54,640 nucleotides of DNA from an uncultured Methanosarcinales archaeon (lineage in GTDB: Archaea > Nanobdellota > Nanobdellia > Woesearchaeales > DATDXC01). The position numbers were made by a program, and so were the translations under genes. The notes beneath the pieces were generated by a model. The model made no database searches. It saw only the letters and a list, made by a program, of their open reading frames with translations, and was not told the origin of the DNA. The DNA lies in NCBI GenBank assembly GCA_964510025.1, contig CAZDZV010000011.1, positions 1 through 54,640 of the forward strand, written 5' to 3'. This document shows positions 36,365 through 46,536 of this stretch, one piece after another. Numbering within the stretch: position 1 is the first letter of the stretch; each line of letters begins with the position of its first letter.

Positions 36365-37104
36365 CGTCTCATCACTATGCCTTTTTTCCTGCAGTAGTCC
36401 TTTATGTCGTTGATTGTATATTCCCTGTAATGGAATATCGAAGCAGCCAAAGCTGCATCTGCCTTTCCTTTCTTGAAAGCTTCTGCAAAATGCTCAAGCT
36501 CCCCGACCCCTCCGGAAGCAATCACAGGTATGTTAACAGCATCGCTTATCTTTTTTGTGAGCCCTATGTCAAATCCTTTTTTTGTCCCGTCCCGGTCCAT
36601 GGATGTGAGCAGTATCTCGCCTGCTCCCAGCTCTGCGCCCTTTTTTGCCCATGCAACAGCATCTGTTCCGGTAGGTGTCCTCCCTCCGTAGGTGTAGACC
36701 TGGAAGCCTTTGGCATCTATCGCCAGCACGATGCACTGGCTTCCGAACTTGTTTGCTGCTTTTCTTATCAGCTCTGGATTCTCTACAGCTGCTGTGTTGA
36801 TGCTCACCTTGTCTGCGCCTGCATTCAGTATGGCCCTTATATCGCTAATCGCAGAGATGCCTCCCCCTACGGTAAAAGGGATGAATATCTCCTTCGCTAC
36901 CTTTTTTACAAGCCTGACAACTGTCTTCCTTTTCTCATGAGAAGCTGTTATATCCAGAAAGACCAGCTCATCTGCGCCCTGCTTGTTGTACTCCTTTGCT
37001 AGCTCCACAGGATCTCCTGCGTCCTTGATATCCACAAAGTTTATTCCTTTGACTACTCTTCCGTCTTTGATGTCCATGCATGGGATGATCCTTTTCGCAA
37101 GCAT
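36361..37104 (-). CDS. hisF: Imidazole glycerol phosphate synthase, cyclase subunit
   Basis: [38 protein letters not shown]. Confidence 0.97.
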   Translation of the reverse strand: MLAKRIIPCMDIKDGRVVKGINFVDIKDAGDPVELAKEYNKQGADELVFLDITASHEKRKTVVRLVKKVAKEIFIPFTVGGGISAISDIRAILNAGADKVSINTAAVENPELIRKAANKFGSQCIVLAIDAKGFQVYTYGGRTPTGTDAVAWAKKGAELGAGEILLTSMDRDGTKKGFDIGLTKKISDAVNIPVIASGGVGELEHFAEAFKKGKADAALAASIFHYREYTINDIKDYCRKKGIVMRR

Positions 37105-37689
37105 CTATAACATCTCCCTGATATCAAACAGGTCCTTAACATCCTTGCCATAATGTATGAAGCCTGTACCTGCTTTTTCAGCTGCCTCCTTGTCGTACAC
37201 AGTGTCTCCGACCATGATGCACTCTTCTGGCTTTACTTTCAGCTTTTTCGCAGCCAGCACCAGCATCTCAGGATCAGGTTTCCCTTTTTTTACCATATCT
37301 CCACCAACAACAGCATCAAAATACTGCAGAAGGCCTCTTCTGCCCAGTATATCCCTGGCTATGTTGCTCTGTGTGTTTGACACCACAGCTGTCTTATATC
37401 CCTTTTCCTTGACATATTTTAGGATCTTTCCGGCATTCCTTATTTTCCTGATTCCGTCTGTGAACTCGCAGAACCTTGAGGAATAGAAATTTCTGATCTG
37501 GTCTGCGGTTATCCCTGGAAAATATTCCCCTATTGTCTCTGCAAAATTGATCGCCCATATATTTTTGTTGAACTCATCTACCGATATTCTGTTGAACCCA
37601 AAATTCTTAAGAGCAGCATTAAACCTGTTGAACCAGGCATCATGGCTGTCTACCAATACCCCATCCATGTCAAAAAGTATCGCTTTCAT
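37105..37689 (-). CDS. HAD-IA hydrolase (PpaX/Gph-like) within the his operon
   Basis: FDMDGVLVDS, VSN, GKPDP, MVGDT..D. Confidence 0.88.
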   Translation of the reverse strand: MKAILFDMDGVLVDSHDAWFNRFNAALKNFGFNRISVDEFNKNIWAINFAETIGEYFPGITADQIRNFYSSRFCEFTDGIRKIRNAGKILKYVKEKGYKTAVVSNTQSNIARDILGRRGLLQYFDAVVGGDMVKKGKPDPEMLVLAAKKLKVKPEECIMVGDTVYDKEAAEKAGTGFIHYGKDVKDLFDIREML

Positions 37690-38272
37690 CGAAATTCCTC
37701 AGCATCCTTAGGCCTATATCGCCGCTTCTTTCAGGGTGGAACTGCACCCCAAAGATGTTGCCTTCGGCTATCCCGCTCACAAAATCCTGCCCATAATCTG
37801 TTCTTGTCATCACAATGCCTTTATCCCTGGGCACAGCATGGTAGGAATGCACAAAATAAAAATATGAACTCTTCTTTATTCCCTGCAGGAGCCTGTTTTT
37901 TCTTGCAATATTGATGGAGTTCCAGCCTATGTGCGGGACCTTGAGTCCTGGTTTTAGCCTCTTGACATCTCCTTTGAATACCCCCAGGCCGTTGCCTTTG
38001 CTTTCTTCGCTCCTCTCGAACAAGATCTGCATGCCCAGGCATATCCCAAGATAAGGCTTCTTCCCTACTGATTCCTTCAGTACATCGATAAGCTTCTTCC
38101 TGTTTAGATACTCCATTATATCACCGAAACTGCCGACCCCAGGAAGTATGATCTTATCTGCTGCCCTGATATCATCTGGCTTGGCTGTTATCTTATTCCT
38201 CACCCTGATGAAATCAAGGGCGTTCTTGACGCTCCTTACGTTTCCGGCTCCGTAGTCTACTATGGCTATCAT
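37670..38272 (-). CDS. hisH: Imidazole glycerol phosphate synthase, glutaminase subunit
   Basis: DYGAGN, LPGVGSF, GICLGMQ, FVHSY, QFHPERS. Confidence 0.97.
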   Translation of the reverse strand: MIAIVDYGAGNVRSVKNALDFIRVRNKITAKPDDIRAADKIILPGVGSFGDIMEYLNRKKLIDVLKESVGKKPYLGICLGMQILFERSEESKGNGLGVFKGDVKRLKPGLKVPHIGWNSINIARKNRLLQGIKKSSYFYFVHSYHAVPRDKGIVMTRTDYGQDFVSGIAEGNIFGVQFHPERSGDIGLRMLRNFDESDTF

Positions 38273-38856
38273 ATCCTGCCTTTTGTGCTTGGGATCTTAT
38301 CAGGTATCTTCGGGCTTTTCAGGGTTGCCATGTCCAGCGCCTTGCCAAAAGCCTTGAATACAGCTTCGCATCTGTGGTGGTCTGTCCTGCCGTAAGGCAG
38401 AAGCACATGCAGTGCTATTCCAAGGTTGTTCACGAATCCCTGGAAAAAATCCTCGACCAGCTCAGACTTCATATCTCCGATAATCTTGTCCCTGAACTCG
38501 ACCTGATATTTAAGGAAGGGCCTGCCGCTTATGTCCAGGGCAAATATAGCTAGGCTTTCATCCATAGGCATCACAAAATATCCGCTTCTCTGGATGCCCT
38601 TCTTCGTCCCCAATGCCTTTTTGACAGCCTGGCCAAGAGTGATGCCGATATCCTCCACAATGTGGTGCTGGTCTACCTTGAGGTCGCCCTTTGCCTTTAT
38701 CTTGAGGTCAAATCCCCCAAACCTAGCAAACAGCTCAAGCATATGGTTTAGGAAGTTGATCGGCGTATCTATCCTGTATTTTCCTTTTCCGTCTAAATTA
38801 ATCTCCACAGAGACATCTGTTTCCTTTGTCTTCCTTTTGACAGAAGCCTTTCTCAT
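38269..38856 (-). CDS. hisB: Imidazoleglycerol-phosphate dehydratase
   Basis: RKTKETD, FLNHML, DQHHIVED, PMDES, DHHRCEA.FKA. Confidence 0.97.
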   Translation of the reverse strand: MRKASVKRKTKETDVSVEINLDGKGKYRIDTPINFLNHMLELFARFGGFDLKIKAKGDLKVDQHHIVEDIGITLGQAVKKALGTKKGIQRSGYFVMPMDESLAIFALDISGRPFLKYQVEFRDKIIGDMKSELVEDFFQGFVNNLGIALHVLLPYGRTDHHRCEAVFKAFGKALDMATLKSPKIPDKIPSTKGRI

Positions 38857-39488
38857 GAGACCACCTCTGTTAGCTTGTTTACATCATCTATCACTGCTAC
38901 AGCCCCGTTTTCCAGGAGCATATCCTTTGCAGATCCGACCCCGATGCCTGTTACGCCGGCGTTGCAGGCCATCTTCATATCATCCACATTATCTCCCAGG
39001 TAATAGCCTTCTGTACACTCAAGTTGCTTGAGCGCTATCCTGAGAAGCAATGGGTTGGGCTTTTCCTCATCCATGTCTTCCATGGCTATCATCACGCTGA
39101 AATACTCGCCCATCCCTGATCTCTTGAGGGCAAATTCAGCCTCATCTCTGGGCCTTCCGGTTACGATACCGAAGCTGTAGCCCTTGAGGCTATCAAGTGT
39201 TTCTTTCTTCAGAAGCCACTTTTCATTCTGTATCAGCCCATCGAAATCCTTGCCCTTGTAATAGTCCTGGAACTTGGTTATGATCTTCTTTTTAGGGATG
39301 TTCTGCTCGATCAGGGCCTCAGTAAGGTCCCAGTCATTGTTATATCCTCCTTTGTTCTTCATCCTGTCTATCTTTTTGTCTGTGGGCTCTTTGCCTGTAA
39401 AAAATCCGACTGTCTTCTTTATGGCAGTCCTGTAGCTGTTGCTGACATCCACCAATACTCCGTCCATGTCGAATATTATTGCTTTCAT
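38853..39488 (-). CDS. HAD hydrolase, probable histidinol-phosphate phosphatase
   Basis: FDMDGVLVDVSNSYR, NNDWD, VTGRP, GDNVDD; lies between hisC and hisB. Confidence 0.8.
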   Translation of the reverse strand: MKAIIFDMDGVLVDVSNSYRTAIKKTVGFFTGKEPTDKKIDRMKNKGGYNNDWDLTEALIEQNIPKKKIITKFQDYYKGKDFDGLIQNEKWLLKKETLDSLKGYSFGIVTGRPRDEAEFALKRSGMGEYFSVMIAMEDMDEEKPNPLLLRIALKQLECTEGYYLGDNVDDMKMACNAGVTGIGVGSAKDMLLENGAVAVIDDVNKLTEVVS

Positions 39489-39583
39489 CTTACCATCTTG
39501 TTCCATTTCCACTGGCCTATTATCACCCAATAGATCGCAAGAAAGCTGATTATGGACAATATCACTATCAGCATGCTGTTCAT
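39485..39583 (-). CDS. 32-aa single-TM peptide translationally coupled inside the his operon
   Basis: MNSMLIVILSIISFLAIYWVIIGQWKWNKMVR; ATGA overlaps at both ends. Confidence 0.65.
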   Translation of the reverse strand: MNSMLIVILSIISFLAIYWVIIGQWKWNKMVR

Positions 39584-40626
39584 TTTATCTCCTTCAGGGC
39601 CTCTACAAACTGCTGCATCTGTTTTCGGGTGCCTATAGTTATCCTTACGCACCCGTTAAGCAGCGGGTAGCTGCTCCTGTCCCTTACAAGGATGCCTTTC
39701 TCCTTCAGTTTCTTGACGATTTCATCTGACTTTTTGCCGAACTTTGCCAGGAAGAAATTAGCAGAGGTAGGGTATGTCCTGATCCTCATTTTCTTCAGCT
39801 GCTCTAGGACAAATCTCTTAGCTTGCTGGACCTCTTTTGTGTACCAGTTTATGTAGTCTATGTCATCTATTGCTGCTGAAGCTGCTTTGATTACGGCGCT
39901 GCTGATGCTGTACGGTGAAAGCACTTTTCTGATATTCCTGATATTTTTTGTATTCGACACTATATACCCCAGCCTGAACCCCCCAAGGCCAAAAGCCTTG
40001 GAGAAGGTCTGTATCACCACTATGTTATCATAGTCATCCACCAGGTCTATGCATGTCTCCTTGGTAAACTGTACGTATGCCTCATCTATCAGGATTATGC
40101 TGTTTTTTGCCTTCTCAGCTATCTTTACTATGTCATCCTTCTTTATCTTGGTCCCTGTCGGGTTGTTGGGGTTGCATAGTATGATAAGCCTGGTTTTCTT
40201 TCCTATCCTGTCAAGCAGCTTCTTGGTGGGGAATCTCAGTGTCCTTTTGTAGAGCACCTCAGTGATCTTTGCCCCCGCAACCTGCGCGTAAAACCTGAAC
40301 ATCGCAAATGTCGGCACAGGTATTATGACCTCATCTTTCTTGTCAACATAGGTCTGCATTATGGCGGATATTGCCTCATCTGTTGCGTTTGTAAGCAGAA
40401 GCCTGTTCCTGTTTATCTCAAGATAGTCTGCTATCCTTCCCTTTAGGCTGCCATATTCAGGATATGCTGAGATGTCCTCGTCGTTGAGGCTTCTCAGCAC
40501 CTTAAGGACCCTTGGGCTGGGGCCTAATGTGTTTTCGTTGAAGTCCAGCCTGAGCAACCCTCTTCTTCCTTCCAATGGAGGCTTGTATTCATCCATCTCT
40601 TTTACATCTTCCCTTGGTTCGATCAT
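39580..40626 (-). CDS. hisC: Histidinol-phosphate aminotransferase
   Basis: LDFNEN, CNPNNPTG, IDEAY, TFSKAFGLGGFRLGY, RITIGT. Confidence 0.96.
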   Translation of the reverse strand: MIEPREDVKEMDEYKPPLEGRRGLLRLDFNENTLGPSPRVLKVLRSLNDEDISAYPEYGSLKGRIADYLEINRNRLLLTNATDEAISAIMQTYVDKKDEVIIPVPTFAMFRFYAQVAGAKITEVLYKRTLRFPTKKLLDRIGKKTRLIILCNPNNPTGTKIKKDDIVKIAEKAKNSIILIDEAYVQFTKETCIDLVDDYDNIVVIQTFSKAFGLGGFRLGYIVSNTKNIRNIRKVLSPYSISSAVIKAASAAIDDIDYINWYTKEVQQAKRFVLEQLKKMRIRTYPTSANFFLAKFGKKSDEIVKKLKEKGILVRDRSSYPLLNGCVRITIGTRKQMQQFVEALKEIK

Positions 40627-41795
40627 ATTCTCAACCTCACTGCATTTGCATGGGCCTTGAGCCCTTCTGCCTCTGCCAACTGTATGATTGTGCTGCCAAG
40701 CTTTCTTATCCCCTGCTTGCTTATCTTCTGTACGCTTGGCATCCTTATGAAATCCATGACGCTTAATCCAGATGCGAACCTTGCAGCCCCGTTAGTCGGA
40801 AGCACATGGTTTGTTCCGGAAGCATAATCACCTGCTGAAACAGGGCTATAGCCCCCTATGAATATGGATCCTGCATTCTGCACCTTCTCCAGCTGCCTTT
40901 CATCCTCTATCATAAGGTGTTCGGGTGCACTCTCATTTATGAAGCTGAATGCATCATCCTCGCTGCCCTTTACTATTATCTTTCCATATTTTCTCAATGC
41001 TTTTCTTGCTGTGCTGTTTGCCTGCTGTCTGCTTATCTCCTTCTTCACCTTCTTGGCCAAAGCCGCATTTGTTGTCACAAATACCGAGGATGCCAGCTCA
41101 TCATGTTCTGCCTGGGCTATCATGTCCGCAGCAATATATGAAGGGTTACCCTTGTCAGAGTATATCATCACTTCGCTGGGCCCTGCTAAAAAGTCGATGC
41201 CTACATCCCCATACACCATCTTTTTTGCAGCAGTGACATATATGTTTCCCGGCCCCACTATCTTGTCCACTTTCGGGACTGACATGGTGCCGTAAGCAAG
41301 GGCAGCTATGGCCTGGCTGCCACCTATCCTCAATATCATGTCAGCCCCTGCAATGTCAGCAGCTACTATCAATCCATAGTTGTCCGGCCTCGGCGGGCTC
41401 ACCACTATGATCTCTTTTACACCAGCCACCTTAGCAGGTATCACTGTCATGAGAGCAGTGCTCGGCAGGCTGTACCTGCCGCCCGGGCAGTAGCACCCTA
41501 CTTTTTCCAGAGGCCTTATTATCTGGCCCACTTCAACCCCGTCCTTCTCGGACATCCATTGCTTGGGGAGCTGCCTTTTGCAGTAGTCTTTTATGTTCTC
41601 CGCAGCCTGCTTTATAGCCTCCAGGGTTTTTTTATCAGTCTTCTTGTATGCTCTTTCTATATCTCTCTTGCTTACTCTTATGGTGTTTTTTGTGATGTCA
41701 GCATTATCATACAGTTTAGTATATTTGAACAAGGCCCTGTCTCCGAACGTCTTCACTTCCTTTATGATAGGCTTTACCCTTGTTTCTGCATTCAT
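40623..41795 (-). CDS. hisD: Histidinol dehydrogenase
   Basis: [40 protein letters not shown]. Confidence 0.97.
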   Translation of the reverse strand: MNAETRVKPIIKEVKTFGDRALFKYTKLYDNADITKNTIRVSKRDIERAYKKTDKKTLEAIKQAAENIKDYCKRQLPKQWMSEKDGVEVGQIIRPLEKVGCYCPGGRYSLPSTALMTVIPAKVAGVKEIIVVSPPRPDNYGLIVAADIAGADMILRIGGSQAIAALAYGTMSVPKVDKIVGPGNIYVTAAKKMVYGDVGIDFLAGPSEVMIYSDKGNPSYIAADMIAQAEHDELASSVFVTTNAALAKKVKKEISRQQANSTARKALRKYGKIIVKGSEDDAFSFINESAPEHLMIEDERQLEKVQNAGSIFIGGYSPVSAGDYASGTNHVLPTNGAARFASGLSVMDFIRMPSVQKISKQGIRKLGSTIIQLAEAEGLKAHANAVRLRI

Positions 41796-42670
41796 TGTAT
41801 TACCTTGTTGAGCGGATATTCAACAATCCCTGAAGCCCCTGCCGCCTTCAGCTTTGGTATAAGGTCCCTCACAACCTTCTCGTTGACAACCGTTGTCACA
41901 GAGGCCCATCCTTTGTCTGACAGCTCTGACACCGTCGGAGTCTGCAGTGCAGGCAGCAGCATCAATATCTTGTCAAGGTCTTTTTTTTCGACGTTCATCA
42001 TCAATCCAGCCTGCGTCTCTGCATTTATGGCGCCTTTGAGCAGCAGGGCGATGTTCTCTATCTTCTTTCTTTTTGTGTCATCCTTCCATGATTCTTTGTT
42101 AGCTATGAACCTTGTCGTGGATTCCAGGATTACGTCGATTATCCTTAGGTTGTTCGCCCTCAGCGATGAGCCTGTCTCGGTTATCTCCACAATGGCATCT
42201 GCGAGCTTAGGGGGCTTCACTTCTGTAGCGCCCCACGAAAACTCCACTTTGGCCTCTACATCATTTTTCTTGAGGAAGCTTTTTGTCAGGTTGACCGCCT
42301 CTGTCGCTATTCTCTTGCCGTTAAGGTCCTTTATGCTCCTTATCTTGCTGCTGTTAGGCACTGCCAGCACCCATTTCACCTTTCCGAGCCCTCTTTTTGC
42401 ATAGACCAGCTCCTCTACCTCCTTTACGTTTGAGCTGTTCTCTATTATCCAGTCCTTTCCTGTCAGCCCGCAGTCCAAGACACCTTCCTCTACATATCTT
42501 GACATCTCCTGAGCCCTTATTAGCATGCATTCTATCTCAGGGTCATCGATGTCAGGGAAATAGGATCTTCCATTAATGTTTATGCTGAAGCCTGCTTTCC
42601 TGAAAAGCTTTACAGTAGATTCCTGCAGGCTTCCCTTTGGTATCCCTAATTTTATTTTTTTTGAGTTCAT
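41792..42670 (-). CDS. hisG: ATP phosphoribosyltransferase, long form
   Basis: [33 protein letters not shown]-terminal regulatory domain. Confidence 0.96.
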   Translation of the reverse strand: MNSKKIKLGIPKGSLQESTVKLFRKAGFSININGRSYFPDIDDPEIECMLIRAQEMSRYVEEGVLDCGLTGKDWIIENSSNVKEVEELVYAKRGLGKVKWVLAVPNSSKIRSIKDLNGKRIATEAVNLTKSFLKKNDVEAKVEFSWGATEVKPPKLADAIVEITETGSSLRANNLRIIDVILESTTRFIANKESWKDDTKRKKIENIALLLKGAINAETQAGLMMNVEKKDLDKILMLLPALQTPTVSELSDKGWASVTTVVNEKVVRDLIPKLKAAGASGIVEYPLNKVIQ

Positions 42671-42700
42671 CTTTCGCTCGCTAACAGCCTCCTGTTGTAC

Positions 42701-43060
42701 TTATTTTCCATATACTTTTTCAGGATCGAACAACCTCTTTTCAACAGCTTTTCCTTCCATGTTCCTGAAAAAGCATGATGCATAGCCTTTGTGGCATGCT
42801 CCTCCTTTCTGCTCGACCTTTATGAGTACGCTGTCTTCATCGCAGTCCACAGCTATCTCTTTTACCTTTTGCGTGTTTCCGGACTTTTCTCCTTTCATCC
42901 AGAGCTTGTCCCTGCTCCTGCTGTAATACCACACTTTCCCTGTCTTCAATGTCATCTTCCATGCTTTTTCGTTTGTATAGCCAAGCATCAGAACCTTGCC
43001 TGTCTTATAGTCCTGTGTTATCACAGGGATCAATCCTTTATTAAAGTTTAGTTGTATCAT
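42701..43060 (-). CDS. hisI: Phosphoribosyl-AMP cyclohydrolase (monofunctional)
   Basis: [30 protein letters not shown]; 119 aa, no HisE domain. Confidence 0.96.
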   Translation of the reverse strand: MIQLNFNKGLIPVITQDYKTGKVLMLGYTNEKAWKMTLKTGKVWYYSRSRDKLWMKGEKSGNTQKVKEIAVDCDEDSVLIKVEQKGGACHKGYASCFFRNMEGKAVEKRLFDPEKVYGK

Positions 43061-43097
43061 AGCAGTAAAGAATCATGCTTCTATATAACTATTTTCT

Positions 43098-43148
43098 ACC
43101 GCAATATTAAGGTTTCTATGATGATATAAATAAATAACCGCAGTATTA
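43098..43148 (-). promoter_or_regulatory. Direct repeat ACCGCA(A/G)TATTA upstream of the his promoter
   Basis: Copies at 43098-43109 and 43137-43148, 11 of 12 identical. Confidence 0.5.
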
Positions 43149-43321
43149 CGTATTTATTATTTTGTCATATTATAATTATTACATAATTACATAAGGTCCT
43201 ATCTGCTCAGGAAGCACCATATGCCAAAATTTTTCTTCGTTCAATAGTTCTTATTTAACTCAAAAGACAATCGATTTCACACATGAAACGCCCCTTAACG
43301 CGAAAGAGAAAAAGCAGGCCT

Positions 43322-43894
43322 CTACCTGTTGAGATACTCCATCAACAGGTACCCCAATCCACAGGCTGCTGCCCCTGCAGCAGCGATTCCTATCTGTGCA
43401 GCAGCCGGATTTTCATGCGCCCAGATCCTTAAACCAGAGTAACCCAATGCCTTTCCAGCAATTCTTCTATGGTTCATATTCGGCAGATTTTGGTACATAT
43501 GTTCTAGGTCTTTACTGGCTTGTCTTGTAACGTCGGATGTCGCCGCTTGTAACCTCTCTTTTAAGGTTTCAATCCACAACTCAAATTGATCATTTAAGTC
43601 TTTGCCCAACGCCCATCCAGCAGCATATCGTGCACTATACCATTCAGAAGAATCATAAATGTCTTGTAATAGCGCTCTTGCGGATTCTCTTTTTGCTGTA
43701 TCTGGTTCCGTTATTTCTGGCTGATCGACAACATATTGATAATCCCACACTTTATCAAAACTACAAGGTCCGCTTCCTCTGTCGCTGCCAGGTATAACTT
43801 CGTCGTGGCCTCTTTCTTCCTGGATTATAAGTGATGCTGATAGGTCTCCTCTTAACTCAGCAATACGTCGAAGTTCGGTTTCTAAGGATTCCAT
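43322..43894 (-). CDS. Hypothetical protein with HEAT-like repeats and C-terminal TM
   Basis: ARYAAGWALG / RRIAGKALG; hydrophobic C-terminus. Confidence 0.6.
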   Translation of the reverse strand: MESLETELRRIAELRGDLSASLIIQEERGHDEVIPGSDRGSGPCSFDKVWDYQYVVDQPEITEPDTAKRESARALLQDIYDSSEWYSARYAAGWALGKDLNDQFELWIETLKERLQAATSDVTRQASKDLEHMYQNLPNMNHRRIAGKALGYSGLRIWAHENPAAAQIGIAAAGAAACGLGYLLMEYLNR

Positions 43895-43998
43895 ATTGAA
43901 AATATAAATGAGCCAGACTATTTAAATTTTTCCATCATTTGTCACTACAAAGTTAATAACTGATTTCCAAGCCAATGTTGGAATCTTCTTGCTCAATA

Positions 43999-45711
43999 TC
44001 ATCTGTGTGCAGGATGCTCATGCCCCATGCTTTTTCTGTGGTTAATATGCTCCAGGTGTGCGATCTTCTCTTCCAGGAACTTATCCAACTTAAGCTTGTT
44101 TCTTTCAAGCATCGTGGAAAAGTGCTGCCCGCCAAGGAAGTGGGGCATGATCACATAGGTTGCGCCTGCTTCATAGAGTCTTTCAGCGTCCTCGATCTGA
44201 TGGGAGACAACAGCGATTATAGCCTTCCTGTTGGCCTCATTTACCTTGTTTATTATCAGTAGATTGGTATCGATAAGGGGGATGGTGGATATCACCATTT
44301 TTGCCCTGGAAAGGTTCAGCTCATCCAGAAGCTCAGAATCATTGGCATCCCCGTATCTGCAGTCATAACCTTGCTTTGACAGATTGGTGATGACTTCGGG
44401 ATCATAGTCTATTATCAGAAACTTCTTCTTGATCTTTTTAAGAGACTCCAATATGTCAAGGCCTATACGGTTGTAACCGAAAAGGATGATATCATGATCA
44501 TTATGCTCATGATACCTGTGTTCATCCACCTTCCTGCCTTTCCTTTCGAATATGGACAAAAACCTGGAGATTCTTGGGTAGATCCTATGGGAATACATTA
44601 TCAGGTATGTCGATCCAGCGAATGTCACCAGCCCTACCGCTGTCACAAGCGATAATATATCGTTGCTTAAATGGCCCAATGATACGCCCATTGTGACCAG
44701 GATAAGCGAGAACTCGCTTATCTGCGCCACAGTAAGTCCTGCCAGGAAACTGTTCCTTTTTGTATAGCCTAAGATGCCCATCAATGCCATCACGATGACA
44801 GGGTTTCCTACTAGTACAAAAAAAGAAAGCAGCAGTATAGCAGGCAGGTTTGCGACGATATTTGAGAACACCATCTGGGAGCCCAGTACTATGAAGAACA
44901 GGATCAGGAAAAAATCCCTCAATGGCCTCATCCTTGAGCTTATCTCGAAATGATAAGGGGACATAGAAAGGGTTATTCCAGCCAGCAAAGCGCCTGCCTC
45001 GATTGAGAAATTAAGGTAATGGAAAGCAGATGCTATGACGAAGCACCAGCTTAGCGAGAAAAGAAGCAGGAACTCCTGAGATTTGGCGATGATCTTAGTG
45101 ATTTTCGGAAGAAGATATATCGTAAGCAGGAATAGTATTAATATCCCCCCCATCCCCTTTAGGATAGTCTCCAAAGCCAGGGATGCGATATCCACACCGG
45201 TGTTCAATGTAGAGATCACCAGGAGTATCAATATGGCGATGAAATCCTGCACTATCAGGAATCCGGTGGATATCCTTCCATACAGCGATTCCAGGTCTCT
45301 TTTATCTGACAGCAGCTTCATTATGATTATCGTGCTGCTGAATGCCAGAGCTATCGAAATGTACAATGAAATACCGTTCGGGAAACCAAGCGCCCTTGAG
45401 ATAAAGAAACCCAGCGTGGCTGTGAAGATCACCTGTCCTAGCCCGGTTATGAGGGATATTTTCCCTACATCCTTGATGACCCTTGGATTGAGATTTAACC
45501 CGACCAAGAACAGAAGAAGGGCTATACCTATCTGTGAAAATGCAGATAATGTGTCATGGGAATCAATAATGTTGAAGACAAAAGGCCCAGCCAGGATGCC
45601 GCTTATGATATACCCGATAATTGCGGGCTGCCTGAGCAATCTGATAAAGCCGGTGACAATAACAGTTATCAGAAGTATGATGCTTAGTTCCGTGAAAATC
45701 TCAGGATTCAT
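43999..45711 (-). CDS. CPA2/Kef-type cation:proton antiporter with TrkA-N (RCK) domain
   Basis: FSSTIII.K, IVQD, AQISEF, GYNRIG, YGDA. Confidence 0.93.
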   Translation of the reverse strand: MNPEIFTELSIILLITVIVTGFIRLLRQPAIIGYIISGILAGPFVFNIIDSHDTLSAFSQIGIALLLFLVGLNLNPRVIKDVGKISLITGLGQVIFTATLGFFISRALGFPNGISLYISIALAFSSTIIIMKLLSDKRDLESLYGRISTGFLIVQDFIAILILLVISTLNTGVDIASLALETILKGMGGILILFLLTIYLLPKITKIIAKSQEFLLLFSLSWCFVIASAFHYLNFSIEAGALLAGITLSMSPYHFEISSRMRPLRDFFLILFFIVLGSQMVFSNIVANLPAILLLSFFVLVGNPVIVMALMGILGYTKRNSFLAGLTVAQISEFSLILVTMGVSLGHLSNDILSLVTAVGLVTFAGSTYLIMYSHRIYPRISRFLSIFERKGRKVDEHRYHEHNDHDIILFGYNRIGLDILESLKKIKKKFLIIDYDPEVITNLSKQGYDCRYGDANDSELLDELNLSRAKMVISTIPLIDTNLLIINKVNEANRKAIIAVVSHQIEDAERLYEAGATYVIMPHFLGGQHFSTMLERNKLKLDKFLEEKIAHLEHINHRKSMGHEHPAHR

Positions 45712-45712
45712 G

Positions 45713-46189
45713 TTAATAGTGCTGGAGCAGGTTGATAAGGCTGCTTGGCGTTACAACCCCAACCACCCTTTCTCTGCTGTCCAGAACAGGCACATATTCA
45801 AATCCTCTTTTGTGCACCAGTTCAATTACCTTGTTTATGGGCGTGTCCAATTTCGCATATGATTTATGCTTATTGACCATGTCCTTTGCTTTTTTATAGA
45901 TGAACTCTCTTCGGTATCCCCTGTTGAGTATCTTCGCAAGAGGCTCAAACTTGGTTTGCTGCAAAAACAGCCTTATTATGTCATTGTCGCTTATCTCCCC
46001 TATGAATCTCCTTTCCTTGCTGACCACGATGCAGGCATTTACATGCTCTTTTTTCAGTTTTCTTAAGACAGATTCCGAGCTTTCATCGGGAAACAGGAAT
46101 ACGGGTTTTATCATCGCATCTTTTGCGCATAGCTTCCTTATCTTCTGCGACAAAAACTCTGCTTGCTCTTCTCTCACATTATCTGGCAT
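45713..46189 (-). CDS. CBS-pair domain protein
   Basis: AKDAM, FIGEISDND, VPVLD..RVVGVVT. Confidence 0.88.
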   Translation of the reverse strand: MPDNVREEQAEFLSQKIRKLCAKDAMIKPVFLFPDESSESVLRKLKKEHVNACIVVSKERRFIGEISDNDIIRLFLQQTKFEPLAKILNRGYRREFIYKKAKDMVNKHKSYAKLDTPINKVIELVHKRGFEYVPVLDSRERVVGVVTPSSLINLLQHY

Positions 46190-46463
46190 TTCGACCTCCA
46201 ATTTTCGCAGCAACTTTATCATACTCCCTTATCAGGAGCCTGATTTCCGGGATCCTGATAGAATAATACCTTTCCCTTCCCTCAGTTTTTGTATCCAGTA
46301 GCCCAAGATCATATAGCTTTTTAAGGTGTTTTGAGGCATTGACTTCGGATACGCCGAACTTATCTGCTATCTGATGGACAGACAATTCTTTTTTTATCAA
46401 TGAATGAAAGATATTCCTTCTTACTCTAGAGCCTAGTGCTCTGGCAAGCTTTTCATCGGGCAT
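46179..46463 (-). CDS. ArsR/SmtB family regulator
   Basis: RALGS.VRR.I, LSVHQIA, SKHLKKL, EGRERYYS. Confidence 0.9.
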   Translation of the reverse strand: MPDEKLARALGSRVRRNIFHSLIKKELSVHQIADKFGVSEVNASKHLKKLYDLGLLDTKTEGRERYYSIRIPEIRLLIREYDKVAAKIGGRNAR

Positions 46464-46536
46464 ATGCCTGCCTTAGTGTGCCAGGTATATAAATGTTTCT
46501 ATGTTTCGAAACAAAGAAATTAAGACCAGCACCATT

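Noticed and set aside
41559..42404. 281-aa plus-strand ORF opposite hisD/hisG
   Set aside because: Antisense shadow with no RBS or motif
43149..43158. CGTATTTATT copy near the his promoter matching the PhoU-promoter motif
   Set aside because: AT-rich 10-mer in an AT-rich spacer without the matching BRE/TATA spacing; likely chance
45083..45862. 259-aa plus-strand ORF opposite the Kef antiporter
   Set aside because: Antisense shadow of a hydrophobic gene
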